Positions 14,246 to 28,110 of a stretch of DNA of 64,000 nt are shown here, piece after piece. How positions within the stretch are numbered: the stretch's first letter is position 1; the number at the start of each line of letters is the position of its first letter. The translations under genes were made by a program, and so were the position numbers. The notes below the pieces were generated by a model. It saw nothing but the letters and a program-made list of their open reading frames with translations, was not told the origin of the DNA and did no database searches. Source of the DNA: the human T2T-CHM13v2.0 reference genome, Homo sapiens; assembly GCF_009914755.1 (NCBI RefSeq), contig NC_060930.1; one strand, given 5' to 3'.

Positions 14246-15181
14246 TTAGAACAGATATAGAGCAGCTACTGTTCATTGTTACTGCTTTTGAAGGCAGCAT
14301 GCTGATGCTGTAAGCTGAGAAGAAATAGTTAAAGGGTCAAATGTCAAAAAACTGGTGCATGAAATGGTGGCCATGACTTTTTGCACCAGCAGCCCCTCAC
14401 ACTTCCCTCATTTTCACTTTCCTGGATTCTGCATGAGCAGATGTGCCACCCTGCAAAGCATCCAGTGTCAGCCCCATTCCCTCTGCATTTCCCTCTGCTG
14501 TGAGAGACTGTTTCTCCCCAAATGGATTATCTTGTCTCTATCAATGCAAACCTACATCTCTTGGTGAATTTAGGCATTGAAACAAACACAGCTGCACTTA
14601 TTTTTATTCAAAAGCTTATCTTTAGAGAATTTTCTTAGTAGTTTGGTGAAAAAGTAAAATTAGAAGAAAAATAGCATGCAAATGTAGCTTATCCATTCCC
14701 TGCAATGATGGCTTTTAAACCAATTTCTCCCAATATTTCAATGACCTCGAGGAAGAGCAGGTAAATGGCACGTCTAAAACTCTAAAAAAAAATACACTGG
14801 TCTTGCTTTAAAGTACATTTGAAAAAATCCATAATGGATATAAAGCAGCATTTTATAAAATGTAAATAATACTCAACTTTGTAATGACAGTAAATATAGA
14901 AACCTCATTGCAATAGTAATTTGTCTAAAATGTTTCAACTGCCTGAAAGTAAAACCTTGTAATAAAACTTTCTTTTGAGTTAGATATATATAGTATTTCT
15001 TACTTATGAAATGATATAATTCTAGTTTTTTTCTACATCTTCTATGTATTTTTTATTACAAATGTTTAACATGTGCCAAAATTCCAAGGCAAAATGTATA
15101 ATCTAAGTTGTTTGTATCACACGTTAGTGGTCTAATACTTGTCACTAATTTTTGTTAGTTCTTATCTAATGTCATTTTCAG

Positions 15182-15248
15182 CTGCTGGCTCTCTCTTGAA
15201 GGAGGACTACTCTATGCTTTTGTGGGACCTGCAGCCGCTGTTGTCCTG
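15182..15248 (+). CDS. ADGRB3: ADGRB3 exon, 67 nt, ECL2 (CWL motif)-TM5
   Basis: ttttcag|CTGCTGG...GTCCTG|gtaaac; (Y)[22 protein letters not shown]; phase 2-0. Confidence 0.96.
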
Positions 15249-15659
15249 GTAAACATCAAAATCAACCTATTTTGTTTTCTTAGGAAAAAAAAAAAAGACT
15301 ACTTTCTTTCAATTAGAGTGGCAATTTTGATAATGTAGTTCTTGTGTAGAAATTTTAAAGTTCAATGGACTATTATTCTAATTGAATATAAATTATTATT
15401 CAGCCCTTTATTATTCTAAAATATTCTTATTTTGAATACTGAAGAATATTAAACTGGGAGTGTGGTATTTCTCTTACAGTAATTTCAGATTTGTGAAAAA
15501 GTTTGAGTAAGTTTTAATGAATTCTTCCTCTTTAATGTATAGAATCTCATCATTTACCATAATTTCACCTTTACACTATTCTGTACAATACATATGGTTA
15601 TTACGTATGGTTATTAATAGGGAAATCTCTTTAATGCTGCCCCTATCAAATATCTAAAG

Positions 15660-15872
15660 GAAATATATTCTCGACCTCAGTGATACTGATATTTTGGATC
15701 ATATGTTTGTTTGTTGCAGAGGCCGTCTTATGTGTTTTACCAGGTTCCGCAGCATCCTTCTTCTCTACCTACTACATACCAGTAGTACCCCCTAGTCATA
15801 ACACTCAAAAACATCTTCAGACATTTTCCAATGGTCCCGGGGGGTCAAAATCATCTCTGTTTAAGAATCATT
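15660..15872. mobile_element. MER20-like hAT DNA transposon remnant
   Basis: ttctcgacctcagtgatactgatattttgg...cagacattttccaatggtccc...aagaatcatt. Confidence 0.7.
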
Positions 15873-17598
15873 CCCATATGTTATAGATAAGGATTTTAAA
15901 TTTCTCTTTTGAAACCACAAAATAATTGTTTAAAATTTTAAACTACGGTAATGTGAAATATTTCCTTCCAATTTGCCTTTCTCTTTCTCCTTTTGGATTT
16001 ATTGATTACAAGTTTTTCTTGCCCAATAAATCTTTAAAGAAAATAAGGGAGGAAAGAAACTGTCTAAATTAAATATAAATATTCATATTGCTATACAATT
16101 ATATTTCTAATTGGAAAGTTACTCTTTGGTTTCTTGAATGACTCATTCAAAAAATTGGAAGGTAGTGACATCCTACTAATTCTGATATGTCTGTTTTTTT
16201 CTCCCTTTAAGCTTGTTCTCCCTCAACTAAGCTGTAACAGGGAGCAGAAACTGTCTATAATTTGCAAGAAAAATAAAATCAAGGCAAGAATCTTAGTGCA
16301 AAGGGAAATCAAAACTATTAGACACCTTTTTTGTCTGCTGCTTTGAATTTTTATTTAATCAACTGAACTATTTCCCTAAGCTTCTAGGTTAATGCCAATA
16401 TAACACTAAAATGAAGAAACACAGTGTGTATATAATTGAAACACCAAAGTATGGTCTTTGGAGGGGTGACAAATTCCCTTATGATTAAGTTGTAGATTAC
16501 TAGAATCCATAGAATACACTTTTTCTCTTAGTTTAAATGAGAGGTACATAGATGAATAAGTATTCTCTTGATTAAGTGGTATCTTGTCAGGAAACTATGA
16601 AGAGTGACTCTTCCTAAGTCCATACTTAATAGGTATGTTTTGCATCTTCCTTACGTTAGCAACTGGACACATTTTAGCTTTATATTCACCATCTTCATTG
16701 GCAGCGGGGCAGGGTTACACCAAGATTGGAAAGAGGCCAGAAAGGCAAAAAGAAGAACATATTTTTCATTTACTCATTGGACTGGATTCCTTGATCAGAA
16801 AGTGTTGGTAGATTAGAGAACTGTCGGGGCTCATCATAAGCTGGTACAAATAGACATCTATGCAGTTTTTACAGTTTTACTTGAAAAAGGAAAAATATGT
16901 GTGATTTCATTTCATGTATCATGCAAAAGACCTTTTAAGTGAGAATAAGAAAGTCTTAGAAAGAAAATGATAGAACTGTACACTAGAGCATATTTTAAAA
17001 ATTGGCACTAGTGTCCATTGTGAAAAAGATTCTGGTGAATTGAATAGGCTTTCCTTTCTGCTTAGAAAAGCATGGTACATCAAAATGCTCCCCTTCCACA
17101 GAAAAGAATAACCACACAGCATGAGGAATTTAAGCATTCTGTCCTCTGTGTTGGGAATAATGACAAATCATCAGCACCTTTTGCTGCCAGGGCTCACCCT
17201 AACCTCATACTCTAAGATTCAGAATCTCCTGGCTCATGGGCATAGGGTAAAACTGCTTTAGCCAAATGATTTTACTCAGGGTTGACTCAGACAGAAGAAT
17301 GCCAGATTGGCATAGTATGGTACCATTTAAAATTCAGGCAATTGAAGGTTAATTTCCCCAGTGTTAACTGCAAAGCATGGAAATTAAATGAACTTAATGT
17401 ACTTTACAACTTTAAAGTAGCACACCACTGTTAAATTGTTCCGTATGCCTCTGCTCACTTATAAAATGTTTGAGAGTGCTTCATACCACTACTAGTGATA
17501 CGGTGGTTATGAATTGATAAAAATAGGATTTTCAGGAGAAACAGGGACCTGATTCCCTTCAATATCATTGAAAGGTCAACTTTGTTTCTGTTTGACAG

Positions 17599-17684
17599 GT
17601 CAACATGGTGATTGGCATTTTGGTATTTAATAAACTTGTTTCCAGAGATGGAATCCTAGATAAAAAGCTCAAACACAGAGCCGG
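17599..17684 (+). CDS. ADGRB3: ADGRB3 exon, 86 nt, TM5-ICL3
   Basis: tttgacag|GTCAAC...GCCGG|gtaagc; [28 protein letters not shown](G); phase 0-2. Confidence 0.96.
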
Positions 17685-18296
17685 GTAAGCTGCAATTGGT
17701 GGATTTTGAAGGTTATTTATCAGTGAATCCCATACTCCAATTTCAGACCATCACTGACTGCGTTTGACTCTGCCTTGAATTTTGTTATTGATGTACTAGT
17801 GTGTCCAGTAGATTCTGCTATATAAAAGTTTCCAATGTGCTATTTTTAAGCAATACGACCAAAAATCTAAAACTACTATAACAGACCATGAAGAAATTCG
17901 GAGTGTACTTGTGCATATTGCCTGCTTGTCAGATAAGAACGTTAAACATTAAGGCTTTACTTGCAATAGTTGTCGTTAGGTAAGGGTTTTCAAAGCCTTC
18001 CTGGTTTTGGTCACAAAGAACAGGAGGTAGATTGAACACAGTGTTGGTATGTGACAGAACAGAATCAGAACAAGCAAACCTAAACAGGGCAAAATACTAT
18101 ATTTTCTTTGACTAATTGTATATATCAGGAAAAAAATCTTCACTTGGAATAATTACTTATCAAGCACTATTTAGGTCTTATATTTTCATTCTTTATGACA
18201 TTTTTAATCTAACTGGCTAAAAAGAGTTATTCATAATTTTCACACTTTAACCTCATAAAATTTAGAAAAGCATCTCCTTTAATTTTACTGTTATTA

Positions 18297-18719
<423 letters not shown>

Positions 18720-19429
18720 TTAAGGTGACATCATCCTTTATCATATAAATTTGTTGACACTTGAAGTATTAATGCCTTTGTTTTTTCTTTGTGTCCTTCC
18801 CTATAGAAAGTTTACAGCTTTCTCCTTTCCATTGAACTGTAACCTCATTCAAAACTTACCCATGTAATATTCTTTTCTTCCATAATTTGTGGTATTATTT
18901 AATAGTCCTACTAATTGATCAGTTACTTATGAAATTTTAAGTCCTTTGTGTTCTTATAACCTATGTAATGATTTATACAATAAGATAATCTGGGTATTTA
19001 TTTTCCCTAGCAAAAGACTAAATTTAATGGTTTTCAATATAAAAATTTGATATCATTTATGTAAAACATTAGAAATGCAATAGCGTAATAAAAACATGAC
19101 TGAAAGTTTCTTCCTGAGCGGGGATCACTTCTCTCATTTAGAGGCTTTTTTCACTGCAGACAAGTTTCTGTAACAACCTTAAATATGTAGACTTGAACGT
19201 AGTACAAGCACAGCTTTCTAGATCATTTGAACACAAAATTTTCACACAATTACTCTTGTTATTACGCCACATGTGGTGGAAATTGAAGTAAGCTTCTTCA
19301 GTTATTTCTGTCCAGATTAATCATGTAAGAATATACTGATCAGACTGAGTACTGGGATAGAAACTCAGTTCTGCTGCTAGTAGTATAAACTTACATAATT
19401 TAAACAACATCGACAATAAAATGGGACTC

Positions 19430-19620
19430 TTTAGTGGTTAAGATGAAGCTCTGCAATTTACTAGCTGTGTCTATGTGCCTTTGGGTGTGTTACTTTTTGC
19501 AACTCAGTCTCCTCATCTGTTAAATGGGGAAAATAACCCCTGCCTCATAGAGTATATGAAAATATAATGTGTATAAAGCACACTTTAGAGTATCTAACAT
19601 ATAGCAAGCATTCACTCAAC
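19430..19620 (+). mobile_element. MIR
   Basis: ttactagctgtgt...ctcagtctcctcatctgttaaatgggga MIR core. Confidence 0.75.
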
Positions 19621-20689
19621 AGTGGCTGCTCTTCTGAGAAGCCAGCCTGAACAGATTAGGTTGTTTTTGAAGGTCTCTAACTGTCAATCAAGAATCCATG
19701 ATTCCACCATCCAAGACATGAAGGTCATAAAAAGAGATGAGATCATTGAAATGAATATGATATTGAGGATTTAATTAAAAAAAAATTTAATAAAAAATTT
19801 AAAAAACAAGTGAATACCCTTATTTTTTCTTATTTAATTATTTTATGTGTAAAGCCCAGTTTAATTCATATAGCTCTTTATAAGAGATCGTATAGGTTTA
19901 GAAGAAATGACAATAGTGTCTTATTATGAATTTAGAAATTATCCATTCCAATCTACATATTAACAAATAAGTTATTCTAAACATATTCTTAGAAGTTACT
20001 TATGTTTCACTGGCAAAACTGAGTGGGTGTTTTTCTGGTTCAAAGGCCACTCCTAGAGAAACAGAAATGTTAACTTATGTTATAAAAGCAGAATGTTGGC
20101 TACTGTCCAAAGCAGAAAAGAACTATTAACAAATTAATTACTTTGGGTTTTCAAATTATATTTCTAATATAAAGTACTGTTTTAGCTTAAGCAAATATAG
20201 ATTGAAATTTGTACTCCATTCCAAAGTGTGATTGAAGGAAATTTTTGGAAGCTATAGAGGTTTGAATAATTTTAGTTCACAGAAAAGTAGTGAGGACAGT
20301 GAAGAACAGTCCCCAGTGAAGAAGAAATAATCAAAATTAACTAAAGAAACATTAAGCAGGAAACTAATTGGTCGACTTGACAACCAATCCTCCTAATTGT
20401 AAAAATCATTTCAGCTTATTTGAATATACACATATATCAAGCATTTGTTTTACAACTAGGTTGTTATTAAAAACCAAATATTGTACCAAGATGTTCCTTC
20501 TCCCATTTTTTCTGTTTCTTTGTTCCCTTTCTTCTTTTTTATAATCAGTTATTAGAAACAGCCAACCATATAGTTTGTGCTCAATAAATATTTATAAGGA
20601 ATTAATAAGTGAATGTTTAATAAATAATACAATAGTTTAACAAGTTTTATAATACACAAACTATATTAATATTTTTTCTACTGAAATTC

Positions 20690-20824
20690 TTTTTTCTTTT
20701 TTCTTTTTAACTTTTAAGTTCAGGAGTAGAAGTACAGGCTTTTTACACAGATAAACTTGTGTCTCAGGGATTTGTTGTACAGATTATTTTATACTCAGGT
20801 ATTAAGCCTAGTACCCATTAGTTT
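20690..20824 (-). mobile_element. Short L1PA13-16-like 3' end
   Basis: ttttaacttttaagttcagg...tacagattattt...ggtattaagcctagtacccattagtt, same family as the 6540 element. Confidence 0.8.
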
Positions 20825-23561
20825 ACCAAGAAGGAATTTATTGTAAATACAACACATCTTAAATAAAATGATAGAGTGAATAAAATCAGGATTAAAAATG
20901 GCATGTATATTTTTAGAACATCTTAAGCAGAAAATTTAAGTTTCTCTATTTTTCTGCAGTGGAATTTTCTTATCTACTGCCTTAAACGTCTTTGTCTTAT
21001 GTACCTGAAACTAAGGAAACTATGACTTACTAGTACCCTTTACAAATTTCATGTGATTTTTTTTTTTTAAAGAGAGGCTGGCGCATTTCCTTTCCAGGGA
21101 ATATTTTATGTTATTAACAATAAATCAGTCAGACTTTTTTTCTTTAAAGAAAAAGGAAAAATAACATGGAGAAGGGAAACTAGAACTTGTAGATTTTAAG
21201 ACCCACAGTAATAACTGGAGCAGACAGAACTACCTGAAGAGTAATGTGTGTAAAGTTTTTCTATTTAATGTGACTTTGCTTCTATAATGTGATCCTACCC
21301 TGGTGCCCTGGTGGGTATATTGGTTAAATTTAGATGTATGGACAACTCAAGGTTTTTTTTACTGTTTGAACTTTTAATTTTATAAATGAATAATTTCTTC
21401 TATAATAAAGAAACAAGATCTCATTTTTCAATGCAGCAACTCAATTTAGCATCTAGACTATGAGTTTTTCATATTATATTAATTTCTATAGTGGTCACAT
21501 AAACTAGGAAAAAACATTACATGTCTCTAGGTAACTTATCTTTATTCTACTTCATGCACATCCAGTAATAGAATGCCAAAGGTGTCCTACCAGTTAACAT
21601 CAAGCATAGTTTTTAACAGTTAGCCCTGACTAAGGGAAGTAGGCATAGGTCTTCTAGTTAGACTCAAATAAATATCAAATAAAGACAAATAAGCATTTTA
21701 AGTAATGGCTTAAAATTTATTTTCAGACAGGCCCATACTTAGATTAAATCACAGTTTTCAGGTCTAAAATACTTACACTATGTACTTAAAATTATTTTTT
21801 AGTAATATTTGGCTTTCGATCTTGTTTCAGAGCCTAGAGGCAACATATTCTTAGATTAAGAAAGACAACTGCATCAGTGTTTGAAGTGTGAACACCATAC
21901 AGCCTATCTTCTGTGATAAAGGAAACAATATATAACTAATCCATGCCTTTTTCATATTAATCTGATCAGATTTAACAAGATTAAAGAAATGCAAATGTTT
22001 AGTTAGAGAAGTGGTACTTGTTCCTGTTTGTTCATCAGCATAATCTATGGAGCTTTAAAAAAAGCAGATGCCTAAGTCCTATTAAATTAGAGTCTTTGTG
22101 GTTGGGGCCAGATAGACAGCTGATGTGCAGCCACTGTGGAGAATACTAGGCTATGTACTCCTTTGGGATGTACACATCGGCGTGTCCAATAAGGCATTCC
22201 TAAACTAAACTGGATAGACTAATGTTTACATATTATTTTGAAACATTTGGACACATTTGGCAACTACATGTGCCCTGGAGTGGATCAGTAAAGCGAGGGA
22301 TTTAGTGTCATATTCCCCACCCCCACACTCATGTCTGAAAGCTTTGATTTTTCTCACAGGATCTGCTGATCAATCTACTTAATTAATCACTTTCAGATTT
22401 ATTATCTCATATCAGCACTATTCACAAGTGAGTACCCTTATTTAAAATAAACCAGAGTTCTAAATTATGAGCATCTTACAACTTTCTCTCTTCTGCCACT
22501 TTTTTTATACACATAGTAATGCAACTCCGCTATAAGATTCTTTAAGAAAACCTACAGAGTAATCATTTTAGACATAGATACCACATAGGAATGGACTATG
22601 CACACCTCAGAGCATTATTCCAAGTTGTTTGGAATTTTTAATTCAAGTAATTTCTTTTTGGTTTTTCCTAAAAGGTTTATTTTCTAATAAATCTGTAATT
22701 TTCAAGGTACAGTTTTCTAAAGCAAAATGTGTGTAAAGTTTTTCCATATAATGTAACTTTGCTTCTATAATGTAGTAGATGGAGTATGAATTGTTTGAAT
22801 CTGAATTTATGTGCAAAATCCTCTAGACAAGAATAGACCATTTAAATACTAGGAGGTTGGAGTCTATGACAAATGTTCAGAAATAATATTTTGAACTTAA
22901 TGACTATGTTAAATGTGTTTTATTAAAGCAGAAAACTATCACTCTTTTATTATCAACTAATATTTCATCAAATTTCATCAGCCCCTATATTCAGATCATC
23001 CTAAAATGTGGACGATACATATTATAAGAAATTTCAAAATATGAATCTGTTGAGAAAAAAATTACATCTTCAACAAATAATTGAAGACTCCTAAAATCCA
23101 TTTCTTCCTATGTTGGACTTCTGAGATAATTATTTACATTTCAGAAGGTTTTCACAGATATATATGCCTTCTGCAATTAACAATGAACATCCTCAGGGCT
23201 AGGAGTCCTCACATGTTTGATTATTGGGGTCTGAATAAAGGGTTTTCACTGTATGTCTACAGAAGCACATGCTTATGTTTAACTCAGTGTATTGAGCAAC
23301 TTTGATCAATAGACACAAGGGCCACTTATGGTGTAATGATGGAAATATGTTTTGCATGCAACAAAGGCCCATATTAAAAGGTAAATGTTACAAAGATAAT
23401 TTGTAGTATAAATGCATCTTTACAACAACCTAGAGCATACATTTTTGATAAATATACTTTTCTGCATGAAATCGTATTTAAAAGCTAACTTGAAGCAGCA
23501 ATTTTTTTTTGGTGACAATTCAATATTTTGTTCTTTTTGTGGGTGTTCTGTTTGTTTGCAG

Positions 23562-23660
23562 TCAGATGAGTGAGCCTCATAGCGGTTTGACGCTCAAATG
23601 TGCCAAGTGTGGAGTAGTTTCAACAACAGCTTTGTCAGCCACCACCGCCAGTAACGCCAT
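23562..23660 (+). CDS. ADGRB3: ADGRB3 exon, 99 nt, ICL3 insert (symmetric, likely cassette)
   Basis: tttgcag|TCAGATG...GCCAT|gttagt; (G)[32 protein letters not shown](M); phase 2-2. Confidence 0.93.
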
Positions 23661-23978
23661 GTTAGTCCCAATCATTTACATCTTCTTGTTACAAATCTTT
23701 TACAGTGCATGTGAGAAAATGCTATGATGAAAAAAAATTGTGTTTTCTAATACAAGACCAGAGAGTATATTTAAATATTTATAATTGGCAACTGTCTTTA
23801 TAGCTATTGTGGGATAGTATATAAAAAAAAAAATAAGACTCTCAAATGTCATCTGCTTTGTGGTTTCCAAGTTAATGGTCTTGGAACCACATACAAAAAT
23901 GCTTTGTTGAATGGGGGTTTGGCTATGGCCTGGGGTGTGATGTATAGCTACGTAATGTTACTTTCTTGGTCTCAACAG

Positions 23979-24150
23979 GGCGTCTCTTTGGAGCTCCTGT
24001 GTGGTGTTGCCCCTTCTGGCTTTGACGTGGATGTCTGCGGTTCTGGCCATGACAGATAAACGCTCCATATTGTTTCAAATACTTTTTGCTGTGTTTGATT
24101 CATTGCAAGGCTTTGTTATAGTCATGGTCCACTGCATTCTTCGGAGAGAG
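23979..24150 (+). CDS. ADGRB3: ADGRB3 exon, 172 nt, TM6-TM7
   Basis: ctcaacag|GGCGTCT...AGAGAG|gtgaga; (M)[57 protein letters not shown]; phase 2-0. Confidence 0.97.
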
Positions 24151-25256
24151 GTGAGAAGCATTCTTGTGATAGAGAACAGTGATGGTTGGAATGGTATTTC
24201 CTTGCTAAAAAGAATGATCTTTTAATATCTTGATGTTCAGATTAAAGCTGGTCTCCTCCATTGACAATCACTTGGGAATCAAAGCTGAAGGAATGCTTTA
24301 AGACACAGCTTGGGAGAGCCCCCAGCACTCTGAAAGTGACAGATTAGAACAGATGGGACTATGCCAGGAAAAACACAACCAGAGGTGTCAAAAGCCAGGA
24401 AGAATAGATTTAAAAGAAGCTACATGGAGTGATTTGTATAAATAAGTCTTGTTAGAAAAACTAGTGAATAAGAGGGCATAGAGGCATAAGTTTTAAAGAC
24501 ACAGTTCATGAGCATAATGCAGTGATAGTTCTTAAGCTTATTCCCTAACTCATGTTTCTTCACACAGCACACCCTCATTGCATATATTAACTAATACTAT
24601 TTTAAGCAGAAAGCATTGAAGATGAATGCTTAGATCTTTTGTCTCTATACTAAGTTTTGGTTATGATTGCTATGGATTATTGCTTTTGATATGGATGTTT
24701 ACTCTTAGAAAAATACTAAAAATGTATACAGTGAGACATGATAGGCAGTGATTATCTCCAAGAACTGTAGAGGTATTATCATATCAGCATTTCTCTGGAT
24801 CATGATTGAGGTTTATTGTCAGTAGTAGGGGAAGAAATAAGTCATATTTCATGAATGCAGACACTAACTAGCACCAGATCCATCCAGGACAGTGAGAGAT
24901 TTCAGACTTGAGTTGTTTAGAAATAAAATGTTGTTTTCCAACCTGTGTGAAAATTATTTTGAATGCTTGCAAGCACTGAGAGTATTTATAAGGTTTATGA
25001 GTCATTTTAGCATTTACTCTAGGGATGACTGGTGACAAAAACACACATGACATAGTGCCATGCTAGTCACTTTGAGAAAACAGTCTACTCTGTCATTTTG
25101 CATTATCTAGCTTGTTTGAGAACTTTATTGCAATGTGCACATTGCAAAAAAACACATGTACGTATGAGTATAAACCCTATAGTTTTGCAGTGATGTGCAG
25201 AGATAACTAGAGGCTTTTACCTGATTTATCAGATGGGAAGAACAATATTTCTGAGC

Positions 25257-26059
25257 TATTTTATTTTATTTTTTATTATTCTTTAAGTTCTGAGATACAT
25301 GTGCAGAACGTGCAGGTTTGTTACATAGGTATACATGTGCCATGGTGGTTTGCTGCACCCATCAACCTGTCATCTACATTAGGTATTTCTCCTAATGCCA
25401 TCCCTCCTCTAGCCCCCCACCCTTGACAGGACCTGGTGTGTGTTGTTACCCTCCCTGTGTCCGTGTGTTCTCATTGTTCAACTCCCACTAATGAATAAGG
25501 ACATGCAGTGTTTGGTTTTCTGTTCCTGTGTTAGTTTGCTGAGAATGATGGTTTCCAACTTCATCCATGTCCCTGCAAATGACATGAACTCATCCTTTTT
25601 CAATAGCTGCAGAGCATTCCATGGTGTATATGTGCCACATTTTCTTTATCCAGTCTATCACTGATGGGCATTTGGATTGGTTCCAAGTTTTTGCTATTGT
25701 GAACAGTGCCGCAATAAACATATGTGTGCATGTGTCTTTATAGGAGAATGATGTATAATCCTTTGGGTATATACCCAGTAATGGGAATGCTGGGTCAAAT
25801 GGTATTTCTAGTTCTAGATCCTTGAGGAATCATCACACTGTCTTCCACAATGGTTGAGCTAATTTACACTCCCACCAACAGTGTAAAAGCCTTTTTATTT
25901 CTCCACATCCTCTCCAGCATCTATTCTTTCCTGACTTTTTAATGATCGCCTTTCTAACTGGCATGAGATGGTATTTCATTGTGGTTTTGATTTGCATTTC
26001 TCTAATGACCAGTGATGATGATCTATTTTTCATATATTTGTTGGCTGCATAAATGTCTT
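25257..26059 (-). mobile_element. 5'-truncated L1PA7/8-like, antisense
   Basis: L1 3'UTR plus ORF2 C-terminal CCHC region (ORF 25833..26033). Confidence 0.92.
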
Positions 26060-27831
26060 AATAAGATACAGATGTCCATAATAAACCCACATGTATTCTA
26101 AGAACATTCTATGTAGAAATTCAATGAAAACCAATTAACAGTAACTTCACATTGCAAGGGGAGGAGAGTATTTTAGCATTTAAAAAGTCTGATGTCGTTT
26201 ACTGTTGCCAAGCCTTACTATTCCCTTAGCAAGTTTCTACCTAGAATATCAGCATTAAAAATCTTCCAAGTATTGAATTATTTATAGACCAAAGGAGTAG
26301 AAATTAAGAGGAAATTGAATAATAATTTAGCTTATGTTCTCCAACTATAACTATCTTATGGGTCTTCTATATTAATATTATTGCTAATAATTAAGTAACA
26401 AGATTGTTCTAAATGAGTAGACACATAATATGTTTTTGATTGATGATTAAGGATGAAGTATTTCAGGCTTTAAGTAAGATACATGATGATATACCTACAT
26501 GCAGTTTTTAGAAGATACTAATACCTTAGGTGTTTAGGAGTAGAACAGTGCTGCGTCACTATATAAGCTTCTCTTTTTCTTCAGAATAAGCTTGATAGAT
26601 AGTTTTAAGCTATCATCAAAATATGCAGGTTTTAAAGTGGCAGATATTATGATGGCTAATTATCAAATGTTTGCTGTTTACATGAAGAAAAATACTTGGC
26701 ACAAAAATTCTACATTTCCCTCAGAACTTTTTCGTACTTGCTAATTGGACTATTAACTGTCAAAAACAATGATTTACAAGTAATTAAATCAATCATATAA
26801 TAAATGCTTCTGCTAAAGTAGGTGTCTCTAAATACATGTTTTCTGTACTAATGGAAAATAAAAATATGGATACATCTCTGTTGTTGCATTTTCAATTATT
26901 AGTTCAAGTTGAATAATTTTATAGCAAATAAATTAACAGCAGAGTGTCATAACACTCTTTAGCTCCATCACTGAAATGGCAAATCACATATTTCTTTTTT
27001 TTAATTGAACCTTAAAAATACCCTATAACATTACTGTAAATACACAGAGCAGATTTCAGGTATAGGGCAAGTCTGCTTCAGAATTCCTAGAGGAAGATTT
27101 CATTTAAACACCTTATTTAGAAGGATTTTACAGATCCCAAGGAAGATATCATAGGAGGCCTCATTTGGAACACCAAAATTCTTTTTGACCTTCTAAAGGT
27201 ATATTGCCTGACACTAGCAATGGGTATATCTCAGATTACTTGTGATCACATTGCCCTGACATTACCATGGTCCAAGAGAAGAGAAGTATCTTCCCATATC
27301 CTCTGTGTCTCCACTGAACAATAATTTCATAAAGACATACCAAAGAAAATGGAATAGATAGCTATATGTAAAACATTAGGTAGTGATTCATATCTATTAA
27401 TCTACTTGATAATTTATAATTGGATCCTAGAAATACAGTTTTATCTCTACTGCTCTTCACTTTAAAATATTTGCTTCACTAAAATTCCTGTGGACTTTTC
27501 TTTCTTAAAATATATAAGCAATGTAAAATATATATTTTTTAATTTAGAGACTGGATATATATATATTTCTATTTCTATGTATTTTTGACAGACACTAACA
27601 TAATTTGGTCTCTAATGACTGTCCCAATATGAATTCAGAAGGCTTTACCCATATTTATTATTTCTGTGGAGGAGGTGGATCTACACAGGGGAAGAATATA
27701 GCCTTGAAGTTTAAGAAGGAGAAAATAAGTGAAATACTATAACTGTGATATTTTTAATGTGTTGTGTATGGAGCCTAATTTATTTTATTTTTTTTATTTT
27801 TTTTTATTTTTTTTTCCTGCCTTTGTAATTC

Positions 27832-28110
27832 TTTTTTTTTTTATTATACTTTAAGTTTTAGGGTACATGTGCACATTGTGCAGGTTAGTTACATATGTAT
27901 ACATGTGCCATGCTGGTGCGCTGCACCCACTAACTCGTCATCTAGCATTAGGTATATCTCCCAGTGCTATCCCTTCCCCCTCCCCCCACCCCACCACAGT
28001 CCCCAGAGTGTGATATTCCCCTTCCTGTGTCCATGTGATCTCATTGTTCAATTCCCACCTATGAGTGAGAATACGCGGTGTTTGGTTTTTTGTTCTTGCG
28101 ATAGTTTACT
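27832..28110 (-). mobile_element. Short young L1PA2/3-like 3' end, antisense
   Basis: Reverse complement ...GATGACGAGTTAGTGGG...AAAACTTAAAGTATAAT polyA (GAG/A type, not the L1HS-Ta ACA/G type). Confidence 0.92.
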
